Of a stretch of 64,000 nucleotides of DNA, positions 25,001 to 33,688 are shown piece by piece. The DNA comes from Actinomycetota bacterium (GTDB lineage Bacteria; Actinomycetota; Aquicultoria; UBA3085; Oleimmundimicrobiaceae). The DNA is taken from assembly GCA_030017835.1 (NCBI GenBank), contig JASEGU010000005.1, positions 5,593-69,592 on the forward strand, read 5' to 3'. The notes under the pieces are model-generated. The model was not told the DNA's origin. It searched no databases and saw only the letters and a program-made list of their open reading frames with translations. Position 1 is the stretch's first letter. The number at the start of each line of letters is the position of its first letter. A program made the position numbers and the translations under genes.

Positions 25001-25713
25001 AGATGGTTTAAGATATCATAATCTTTCTCTGGGAGCTTCTGGGCCAGAGCCGAAAGGAGTTTGAAGACGACGCCGACGCCGGCAAGATTTCGCATTGGAT
25101 GATCTGGGCCATCCTTTTTGGGATTTATGACGGCATAGGCTTTGGGGAGGCTTATCCCGGGCTCGTGATGATCGGTGATTATTACCGAAAGACCAAGATC
25201 ATTAGCGTAATCAACCTCCTCTATGGCCGAAATGCCGGTATCGACCGTCAAGATTATTGAGACGCCCGACTCCTTCAAACGCTTTAGAGCGGACGCGCTC
25301 AGCCCATAGCCCTCTTTAAAGCGGCTTGGAATATAGAAGTTGACCTCGGCCCCAAGGTCACGAAGGACCCTTACGGCCAGAGCCGCGGCGGTTATGCCAT
25401 CGACGTCAAAATCTCCAAAGACGGCTATGGGCTCGCCCTTGGAGATGGCTTCAGCTAAACGGGTGGCCGCGGCCTGGACGCCTTCTAACAGAAAGGGATC
25501 AAGAAGGGATGAGAGGCTGGGAGATAAAAAGCCAAAGGCCGCACCGGCTGAGGTGATTCCCCTTGCCGCAAGAAGGCTGGCAAGATGGATGGATACGGAG
25601 AGTTCTTTAGAGAGCTTTAGAGCAACGGTTTCATCGAAACCCTTAAATGACCATATGTAACCACCCGCAGATTGAGCGGTCCGGTCATCATCGAAGGATT
25701 CTTGCAAGGACAA
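22021..25713 (-). CDS. recJ: RecJ exonuclease - HIRAN-like - RecQ-family helicase fusion protein (1230 aa)
   Basis: aa 1-590 is RecJ (DFDVDG, ITDHHEP, GGHAGAAG, OB-fold region). aa ~620-716 is a HIRAN-like module (AVGVTFEGRQ...LIRDENNSFDPSAIKIV...IGFL). aa ~755-1095 is an SF2 helicase with GTGRGKS, DEAH, LTATA and the RecQ-type QESGRAGRDG. aa 1096-1230 is a wHTH-like tail. The reading frame is uninterrupted. Confidence 0.85.
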   Translation of the reverse strand: MSLQESFDDDRTAQSAGGYIWSFKGFDETVALKLSKELSVSIHLASLLAARGITSAGAAFGFLSPSLSSLLDPFLLEGVQAAATRLAEAISKGEPIAVFGDFDVDGITAAALAVRVLRDLGAEVNFYIPSRFKEGYGLSASALKRLKESGVSIILTVDTGISAIEEVDYANDLGLSVIITDHHEPGISLPKAYAVINPKKDGPDHPMRNLAGVGVVFKLLSALAQKLPEKDYDILNHLDLVALGTVADMVPLLGENRVMVKEGLNRLKPSGKPGLRALMQIASLKADKVSAEDAAYFLVPRLNAAGRVADATKCVKLLLSSDLDESIELAKRIDGRNKERRKIEETITAEVFSMAKELDLDKELVIVLASADWHEGVKGIVASRLANRYKRPTFLLTLKDGLAVGSGRSIPSFNLFEALTGCEDILETFGGHAGAAGLKIKEELIEDFKERINRIAKERLSQDDLIPRLAIDLRIDSSDISLELLEELEMLSPFGVGNPPPIFRLRAASLEGSSYVGSDKRHLSFKIAAHPSGGGGRSPSLSGISFNHKDKFDSFNSDSLAGADLVCGLVKNEWNENVSPQLHLVDYLKKETLGDNFLKELFLRSSEVLEDDPHRNIIDSDSFYTKAVGVTFEGRQETIKALTPGEDLKLIRDENNSFDPSAIKIVDGRGAQIGFLKAAISKHLAAAIDSGVPYKVKITEVTGGGDKNLGVNILVKKDAPLRKEGALKHGLTFAGLADLSEDELIKSLAEILLSGKELFAKQREAISLLKEGKNTLVIMGTGRGKSAIFHIFSALRAIKEDKISIILYPLRSLINDQLNYLQEEFSKIGLGVVRLSGDIDFEEREAIFSALFAGAAHIALTTPEFLHHNMDQFQVLSKKIGFFVVDEAHHVSTSSELHRPLYSRLKQMAKNLKDPLILALTATAGEKVAREIIDTLGIERLVIDPFIRENLKLVDKRGIKKKDDYIRNFLSKRTGGNKSIIYVNSREQSVKIASFLRDNLPALKDRTAYYNAGLDAATRHEIEARFKRGDISVVVSTSAFGEGVNIPDISDIFIYHMPFSFIEYNQESGRAGRDGERADIHLLFGEDDAKINRFILESMAPSRKSLTDLYLTLKNLSSTSGSIEAGNCDILSELEATGSKFLSESGIYAGLKIFEEIGLLEIVGSRGDRVIRLKNHSMKLSLSDSVRFEEGVDEKDLFASFKDWVMMSGEDELLSMINQPIYPKGLLKVE

Positions 25714-25752
25714 CTTGGGTCTCCAGACTAACCGCCATTGTTGGAAGGGGTC

Positions 25753-26106
25753 TTAAGATTTCTCGGTCTCCACTTTAGGCGCCGGCGCCGGCGCCGGCTC
25801 CGGCGGACAGGCCTCTATAAGTTTTGCGGCGTATTCCTTCTCTTTTGCCCGCAGAAGGGCTCTCTCTTTCTCTTCTTGCCTCTTTTTCGTCCTCTTTTTG
25901 GTCTTGATGAGAGCGGTTATGCCGGCCAGCATCCCCATCGCCCCTCCGACCATAACCGAGATGACGATGACCAGGGCCAAAGAGACCTCTACGCTGCCCA
26001 GACCATAGGATATTGTGACGGCGGCGGCGTTCTCTATGGCCAAGATGGTTACAAAAAGGATCAAGACAAGGATCAAAGCTAGTGAAATGAGCACCTTTTC
26101 CTCCAA
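25753..26106 (-). CDS. LapA-domain (DUF1049) small membrane protein
   Basis: Two TM helices followed by a K/R/E-rich tail and a PAPAPAP stretch. Confidence 0.6.
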   Translation of the reverse strand: MEEKVLISLALILVLILFVTILAIENAAAVTISYGLGSVEVSLALVIVISVMVGGAMGMLAGITALIKTKKRTKKRQEEKERALLRAKEKEYAAKLIEACPPEPAPAPAPKVETEKS

Positions 26107-26151
26107 ATAGTTTTGGTTAACGATTCAATTTTAACCCTAAATCGGTACGCT

Positions 26152-27027
26152 TTAAACCTCGCTCGGAGCATATCTCGGCTCGGTCTCCTTCCAGATGGCA
26201 AAGAGCGGGCTCGCTATGAAGATGGACGAATAGGTACCGGCAATTATGCCAACCACCAAAACCAGGGCAAAGTCCCTGAGCGTCTCTCCGCCGAAAAGGA
26301 GGAGGATGAAGACAGGTATTATGGTGGTGAGCGAGGTATTTATAGATCTTGCCAGGACCTGATTGAGAGAATCGCTCACCATATCGAGATATCTTCTCTT
26401 ACCCAGCGCCCGGGTATTCTCCAAGATGCGGTGGAAGACTACGATGGTGTCGTAGAGCGAGTATCCAAGGATGGTTAGAAGGCCTGCTATCATATTCGGC
26501 GTAACCTCGCGCCCCAAAAGCGCATAGACACCGACCGTAATGACCACGTCGTGCAAGAGGGCGGCCACAGCCGAAAAGGCCATCTTGTACTCGAACCTTA
26601 AAGTGATGTAGATAAGGATGGTGGCCAGCGACGCCGCCAAAGCGAGGAGCGCGCCCCTTGTAACCTGCTCTCCCCAGCCGGGGCCGACATCCTGGATGTA
26701 ACGTATCTCCTCTATTTTGGCCTTGGTCTCAAATGCGGCCAAGATCTCTTTCTGAGTCGCCTGATCCAGCTTCTTGGACCTTATCAAGAACTCTTTGGTC
26801 TCAACCTGTTGAATGGTGCTGTTAGAGAGATCGAACTCCCTGAGCACGTCCCTGACATCGGCGGCGGTTATTTCGTTCTTGAAGGCGAGATCCAAAAGGG
26901 TCCCACCCTTAAAGTCTATGCCGGGTCTGATCCCTTTAAAGAGCATGGCCAGAGCGGCCATGGTTATCAGGACGGCCGAGATTATAAACCAGGTATTCTT
27001 TCTCCCCATGAAATCGAACTTTCTCAA
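26152..27027 (-). CDS. secF: Protein translocase subunit SecF
   Basis: 291 aa, six TM helices, SecF motifs GIDFKGGT and YDTIVVFHRI. Overlaps the secD stop. Confidence 0.93.
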   Translation of the reverse strand: MRKFDFMGRKNTWFIISAVLITMAALAMLFKGIRPGIDFKGGTLLDLAFKNEITAADVRDVLREFDLSNSTIQQVETKEFLIRSKKLDQATQKEILAAFETKAKIEEIRYIQDVGPGWGEQVTRGALLALAASLATILIYITLRFEYKMAFSAVAALLHDVVITVGVYALLGREVTPNMIAGLLTILGYSLYDTIVVFHRILENTRALGKRRYLDMVSDSLNQVLARSINTSLTTIIPVFILLLFGGETLRDFALVLVVGIIAGTYSSIFIASPLFAIWKETEPRYAPSEV

Positions 27028-28286
27028 TTTTGGACCCCCTTAACCCCGATGAACAGGTGATTGTTGAATAATTTGACTTGAGCCATCAAGGCCAGCATCG
27101 GCCTGGTGAAGAAGAAGGCCGTAAAGAGGTCTATGAAGACGCCGAGTATGAGGGTAAAGGCGAATCCCCTGACCGGACCGACGGCCAGAAAGAAGAGGAA
27201 AATTACGGCCGACAGGGTGACGAAGTTGGCGTCAACCATGGTCTTGATGGCATTTCTGAAGCCGACATCCGCCGCTGTGCGGATACTCTTGCCCCCTCTC
27301 ACCTCTTCCTTGAATCTTTCAAAGATAACGATGGATGAATCTGCCGCCATGCCGATGCTAAGGATCATTCCGGCGATTCCTGGCAGGGTCAGCGTCCAGG
27401 ACTGATAGCGCCCTATGAAGGCTATGATCCCCCAGAAGATGGTGGCAAAAACGATGAGGGCCATGCTGGTTATGAGGCCGAGACCGCGATAGTAGGCGAT
27501 CATGAAGAGAACAACTAATATAAGGCCGATGCCTCCGGCCACAAGGCCTTCTCTTAAGGAATCCTTGCCCAGGGTCGGGCCGACCATCCGGTTCTCATCG
27601 ATTTCGAGGTTTACGGGGAGCGAGCCGGTCTTAAGGACGAGAGCCAGTTGTTTGGCTTCTTCAATCGTGAATTTTCCTGTTATGTTGGCGTTGCCGTCGC
27701 TTATCTTCTCTTGAACGAGCGGGGCCGACATCACCTGACCGTCCAAGACTATGGCAAGCTGCTTGCCAACCATCCTTCCCGTAACGTCGGCAAAAATTTG
27801 CGTTCCCTCTGAGGTGAATTCGATATCGATCTTGGCGTTGTTGAACTGGTCGAACGAGACTAAGGCGTTCTTGAGCTTATCTCCGGTGAGAAGGGTTTCG
27901 CCCAGACTATAGTTCTCACCGTCGAGACCTAGCACCTCTTTGAATTCGAGCTGAGCGGTTTTGCCGATTATCTCCAAAGCCATCTGTGGGTCTTCGATTC
28001 CGGGAAGCTGGATGGAGATGCTGGATAGACCCTGCCGCTGGATCTGAGGCTCGGCGACGCCGAGACCATCGACCCTTTTTCTGATGACCAGCATCGCCTG
28101 CTCCATTGACTCCTCTGTGATCGGAGCCTCCTTGGTCCCCTGAGCGGTCAAGAGAACGCTAAGGCCACCCTTGAGATCAAGACCGAGTTTTGTCGATTTG
28201 GACGGCGGAACGATCAAGTAGACGGCCGTCAAGATGATGACGAGTACCAATGATAGCGAGATAAGATTCTTTGTATTCTGTCGCAA
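27024..28286 (-). CDS. secD: Protein translocase subunit SecD
   Basis: 420 aa. Motifs LGLDLKGG, periplasmic P1 domain, and GIAGMILSIGMAADSSIVIFER. Confidence 0.93.
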   Translation of the reverse strand: MRQNTKNLISLSLVLVIILTAVYLIVPPSKSTKLGLDLKGGLSVLLTAQGTKEAPITEESMEQAMLVIRKRVDGLGVAEPQIQRQGLSSISIQLPGIEDPQMALEIIGKTAQLEFKEVLGLDGENYSLGETLLTGDKLKNALVSFDQFNNAKIDIEFTSEGTQIFADVTGRMVGKQLAIVLDGQVMSAPLVQEKISDGNANITGKFTIEEAKQLALVLKTGSLPVNLEIDENRMVGPTLGKDSLREGLVAGGIGLILVVLFMIAYYRGLGLITSMALIVFATIFWGIIAFIGRYQSWTLTLPGIAGMILSIGMAADSSIVIFERFKEEVRGGKSIRTAADVGFRNAIKTMVDANFVTLSAVIFLFFLAVGPVRGFAFTLILGVFIDLFTAFFFTRPMLALMAQVKLFNNHLFIGVKGVQN

Positions 28287-28307
28287 ACTGAAAAACCTCC
28301 TTAAAAT

Positions 28308-29030
28308 TTATAGTAATTGAACGTCGTTTATGACCAGACTGAAGCTGCAACCCAAAACTTCGGCCGCCTGACGGCACATGACCATGCGGGTCAAGAATAT
28401 CTCAAAATAGTCCATAACCTTACTGATGGTGGTATCTATCTGTATCTCGAGCGATATCTTCTTGGCCGCGTCATCGACGCGGAGGAAGGATTTCTGGGCG
28501 GCATAGTTGACACGATCGTGGATGTCATTTTTCTGGTGCGACATGGAACGGGCCTGTTGGCGCACCCGGCTCCGGTGGACGTCGGCTTTATCGGCCAGGA
28601 CCAGAGCGGCCGTGATGTGATGGGTGGCCCAGCCATACTCCTCTTCGTGATTACCGATGGCGTTCATGACCAGGGCAATCTCTATTTCGGCCATACCCAT
28701 ATCCTTTAGAATGCTGCGAGCGAGCAAGGCGCCCGAAAGACCGTGTTCCTGGCGGCTGATGGTGTTGCCGATATCGTGCAGATAACCTGCTATGGCCGCA
28801 AGTTCAGCCTCTCTCTTGGGATATCTTAGCCTATCCAAGACGTTGTGGGCTATGTGGGCGACCAGGGCGGCGTGTCTTGGGCCGTGCTCGGTGAATCCTA
28901 TGGCCCCAATGTACTTGTCGGCCATATCAAGGTATATGGGGACCGTTTCGTTCTTGGTCAAAACATCTAAGGTTACTCTATCTTCTTTTAATTCTTCCTC
29001 TTCGAACATCGGCTTCAGCGTCTCGCTCAT
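28308..29030 (-). CDS. HD-domain phosphohydrolase
   Basis: Motifs HGPRHAALVAH...GYLHDIGN. I chose the start at MSETLK, just downstream of the yajC stop (29044). Confidence 0.75.
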   Translation of the reverse strand: MSETLKPMFEEEELKEDRVTLDVLTKNETVPIYLDMADKYIGAIGFTEHGPRHAALVAHIAHNVLDRLRYPKREAELAAIAGYLHDIGNTISRQEHGLSGALLARSILKDMGMAEIEIALVMNAIGNHEEEYGWATHHITAALVLADKADVHRSRVRQQARSMSHQKNDIHDRVNYAAQKSFLRVDDAAKKISLEIQIDTTISKVMDYFEIFLTRMVMCRQAAEVLGCSFSLVINDVQLL

Positions 29031-29043
29031 ATGGATGGATTCT

Positions 29044-29304
29044 TTACTTTTTGGCCAGAATGGAATTTTTGGCAAACACAACTACCACATTATCGGCCAA
29101 CTCTAGTTCGACGGTCTCCTCGCCCACCGATTTCACTTTGCCGTGGACGCCGCCCATGGTGATGACCTCGTCTCCGGAGGCTAGCTCGCTGACCAGTTGT
29201 TTGTGAGCCTTAACCCTGGCTTGCTGCGGTTTGACCAGGAGCAAATAGAATAGGCCGATCAAAAAGACCAGATAGATAAGACTTAAGTAAGACAAGTAAA
29301 TCAC
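29044..29304 (-). CDS. yajC: Preprotein translocase subunit YajC
   Basis: 86 aa, a single TM helix, then GDEVITMGGVHGKV. Confidence 0.9.
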   Translation of the reverse strand: MIYLSYLSLIYLVFLIGLFYLLLVKPQQARVKAHKQLVSELASGDEVITMGGVHGKVKSVGEETVELELADNVVVVFAKNSILAKK

Positions 29305-29326
29305 CCTTTCAAATTCTTGCGGCTTC

Positions 29327-30490
<1,164 letters not shown>

Positions 30491-30527
30491 TTATATCCAG
30501 GCTCCCGTAAGGGCAATCTTGGGCGGC

Positions 30528-31598
30528 CTAGATTATGAGCATGGCATCCCCAAAGCTGAAGAAGCGGTATCTCTCGCTTATGGCCTCCTCGTAAGCCCTC
30601 TTTATCAAATCCGTCCCAGCAAAGGCTGAGACCATGAGGAGGAGGCTCGATTTGGGCAGATGAAAGTTGGTAATCAGGGCGTCCACGATTCTGAAACGAT
30701 AGCCGGGGTAAATGAAAAGCGATGTAAGGCCATCCTTTGGGCTCACTTGGTTGCCGTCCTTTCCTTCGCCTGCGGCCGTCTCCAGCACCCTGACGGAAGT
30801 CGTCCCAACCGCGATGATCCGGCCTTTCTCTTTACGGCTTAAGTTGATCGCATCCGCAGCCGCCTGGCTAAGCGAGAAGCGTTCGGTATGGATCTTATGG
30901 TCCCTCGGATCCTCCATCTTGATCGGCCGAAAGGTATCCAAACCGACGTCCAGAGTAACGTGGGCAAATCTTACGCCCACCTCTTTGAGCTCGGATATCA
31001 AATCTTTTGTGAAATGAAGGCCGGCCGTCGGGGCGGCAACCGATCCTTGCGCCCTGGAATAGACGGTCTGATAACGCTCTGGGTCGCTGAGTTCTTCAGT
31101 TATGTAGGGAGGAAGCGGAAGGATGCCGACCTCTTTTAGGGCTCCGTCGAAATCTTTAGCAGTCTCGAAATCCACCAGCCTCTTTCCCTCTCCAAGTTCA
31201 TCCAGAATGGTCGCGCTCAAGCCCACCTTGGGCGGGCCGAATAAGACCCTGCTTCCAGGCTTAAGACGGCGGCTTGGTCTAACCAGGGCCTCCCAGAGAT
31301 TATCGCCCCTTCTTTTGAGAAGTAGCAGCTCGACCTGGCCTTTAGTCCCCTTCCGCTCTCCAATCAGCCTTGCAGCAATGACCCGGGTGTCGTTTAAAAC
31401 CAAGCAATCGGATGGGTTTAAGTAGCCCTTGATATCCGAAAAGGCGGCGTGGGTTATTTTGCCCCCTCTTTTTGAATCCTCCCAGTCAATGGGCCGCTTT
31501 CGCTCGACAATCATCAGGCGGGAGGCATCCCTTGGCTCGATGGGAGTCTGGGCTATTAGCTCCTTGGGAAGATGATAATCAAAATCGGATATCTTCAT
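30528..31598 (-). CDS. queA: S-adenosylmethionine:tRNA ribosyltransferase-isomerase
   Basis: Motifs MKISDFDYHLPKELIAQ, PLPPYI and VAAPTAGLHFT. Confidence 0.96.
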   Translation of the reverse strand: MKISDFDYHLPKELIAQTPIEPRDASRLMIVERKRPIDWEDSKRGGKITHAAFSDIKGYLNPSDCLVLNDTRVIAARLIGERKGTKGQVELLLLKRRGDNLWEALVRPSRRLKPGSRVLFGPPKVGLSATILDELGEGKRLVDFETAKDFDGALKEVGILPLPPYITEELSDPERYQTVYSRAQGSVAAPTAGLHFTKDLISELKEVGVRFAHVTLDVGLDTFRPIKMEDPRDHKIHTERFSLSQAAADAINLSRKEKGRIIAVGTTSVRVLETAAGEGKDGNQVSPKDGLTSLFIYPGYRFRIVDALITNFHLPKSSLLLMVSAFAGTDLIKRAYEEAISERYRFFSFGDAMLII

Positions 31599-31599
31599 A

Positions 31600-31827
31600 T
31601 CAGCGTCTAAAGAGATGGAGAATGAGGTTGATGAGGATGGTCAAAACCAGGCTGACCACTATAGAGGTAACCCAGGGAAAGTGGAGGCTAAAGCCATCCC
31701 GCTTGATGAAGATGTCGCCGGGCAAGCCTTTGAAACCAAGGTGGCCAAGGGCAAAAAATAGGGCGCCGACTATCAAGATGACAAGGCCAAACGTTATCAG
31801 CATCCGGCCAAGCGATTCGAAGTTCAT
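31600..31827 (-). CDS. DUF2905 small membrane protein
   Basis: 75 aa with GLPGDIFIKRDGFSLHFP between two TM helices. Confidence 0.7.
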   Translation of the reverse strand: MNFESLGRMLITFGLVILIVGALFFALGHLGFKGLPGDIFIKRDGFSLHFPWVTSIVVSLVLTILINLILHLFRR

Positions 31828-32360
31828 TTCTTGCTCCTTCTTATGCGACTCTCCTCTTTGCTATAGGCGCAGCCGCAGTAATTTTGGATGTAGAGACCGA
31901 GCTCCCTGGCTTCATTCTGAGCGCTCCTAAAGCCCTGCCTAAAATCTATGAAGATGAATTCGACATTCGATTCAAATGCCGTCCGCCAGCCGGCCTCCCC
32001 TATCTCATCCTGATCTTGATGGAGACTGACCAGAAGCGTCGTGCTAAACGCATCGAAGCGCCCTGCTTTGGCAAACTGGGCCACCCCACTTAAACGGATA
32101 TCATAACAGAGGCGGCAGCGTTCCTTCAAACCCGCCCTGACCTTATCCTCAAAGATGGTGGGATCAAAGGAGACGACCTCGAGCGAAAGGCCTTCTTTAA
32201 GTGCGTAATCTCTAACCTGATCGCACCTTCTATCAAACTCCCCCCTAGAATCGATATTTGAATTGAAGAAGAAGAGGGTCACCTCAAAGCCCTTATCCTT
32301 TAGAACCTTAAGCGGATATATCAGACAAGGCGCACAGCAGACGTGAAGCAAAAGTCTCAT
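31824..32360 (-). CDS. queH: Epoxyqueuosine reductase QueH (DUF208)
   Basis: N-terminus LLHVCCAPC plus a C-terminal CGC motif. Clustered with queA and tgt. Confidence 0.85.
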   Translation of the reverse strand: MRLLLHVCCAPCLIYPLKVLKDKGFEVTLFFFNSNIDSRGEFDRRCDQVRDYALKEGLSLEVVSFDPTIFEDKVRAGLKERCRLCYDIRLSGVAQFAKAGRFDAFSTTLLVSLHQDQDEIGEAGWRTAFESNVEFIFIDFRQGFRSAQNEARELGLYIQNYCGCAYSKEESRIRRSKK

Positions 32361-32389
32361 TCAAATCACTCTCAAGAAATTAGGCAAAT

Positions 32390-32611
32390 CTATTCGGACG
32401 CCCCAATCGAGCAGTAATACATCTTGTTAAGCATATATTCACCAGAGAGAGGACACTCCCCACAGATGCAGCCGAGCTTTTTAAAGCCGCAGCCGCTTTT
32501 GCCCCACGCGCAGAAGAAGCCTTCGCTTTTTCCCTTCATACATTCGTCGTAAGTTGGGCAGCTCATGCAAATGCACCTCTCCATGTTCTCCTTTGTGTCG
32601 TCAACTTTCAT
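32390..32611 (-). CDS. DUF2769 cysteine-rich small protein
   Basis: Cysteine pattern CICMSCPTYDEC...FCAWGKSGC...CICGECP...YYC. Confidence 0.7.
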   Translation of the reverse strand: MKVDDTKENMERCICMSCPTYDECMKGKSEGFFCAWGKSGCGFKKLGCICGECPLSGEYMLNKMYYCSIGASE

Positions 32612-32632
32612 CTTGATCGCTCCTTTCCTTCT

Positions 32633-33621
32633 TTAAAATCTGGGTTTTACCCTATATACGCTGCCGCTTCCCTTGCCGGATCCGTTTGGATCGTCACCGT
32701 GAAGGTCGGTGAAATATAGCCCGCCCGGCCCGAAGGCGAGTCCACAGATGCTGGCCGGTCCCTCTCCAACATACTCCACAAAAGTATCGTAAGTCAAAAT
32801 GGAGCGACCATCATCGCCCTGGCGAATCTTGACAACCTTCTTCCCTTTGACCGCTCTCCCCTTTGCATGGGCGGCGCCAAAAAGGGCCACGAAGAGTTCG
32901 TCGTCGTATCCGGCCGGAAACTCACCATATTGGGAAAAATCGAGGGCGGTCGGAGCTTGGCAGAACTCCCAAACAAAGAGGGAGTTTTTGCGCATATCGT
33001 AGGGCCAACCGTAGTCGCCTTTCGCTTTCACTTTTGCCAGCCGGTCATCATTATGGGGACCATTATCGGAGATGTAGAGGTGGCCGTCACTCTTTCGGAA
33101 AACCGCCCCAAAGGGGGTTGCGGAAGCCCTTGGCAAAGACATAGCTCCCCTTAATCGGATTGTCGGGCGGAACGGAGCCGTCAAGCTCCATGCGCAGAAT
33201 CTTACCGCGAAGATCGCTCTCATCCTGTGCAACTTCAGGATCTATCATGCCGTCGCCCACATTTACATAGAGTTTTTTGTCGGGTCCGACCGTAACGGCC
33301 TGGATCTGGTGAGCCGCCTTAACCGATGGGGTGGAATCGATTATGGCGACATGCGAGTCCATTTTTAAACCATCCGAAGAGGAGGCCCCGATGACCATGT
33401 TGAGCTTGTCGAGCCGGGCCACCTTTTCGCGGTGGCTAAGGAGCTCGTTAACAACCAAGGTGACGAGGAGAACTTCCAGGGGAATGAAGGCGATGTCGCC
33501 CAAAAGATAGATGGCGATATGGTAAGAGTCCTGAAATATCGAGAAATAGAGTAGATACAAAAGCAGAGAGGCTATTACCAGGGGTCAGTCCAAGTATTAT
33601 CTGCCAACGAAATCGTTTCAC
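32633..33621 (-). pseudogene. Decayed chimeric gene: a membrane-protein N-terminus joined to the C-terminal ~250 aa of a PQQ-dependent sugar (glucose/sorbosone) dehydrogenase, with two frameshifts
   Basis: Beta-propeller motifs are split over two frames: GKILRMELDGSVPPDNP...GFRNP, then FGAVFRKSDGHLYISDNGP...GDYGWPY. The break is at a G5 run (33113-33117). An upstream GTG at 33621 has a GAGGTG SD, but its frame breaks at a G4 run (33581-33584). The N-terminal propeller blades are missing. Confidence 0.6.
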
Positions 33622-33688
33622 GACTTCACCTCAAGTTTGGAATGATAATAACTTTCTTAACCCCAACATTAAACTACATTTGCCATAT

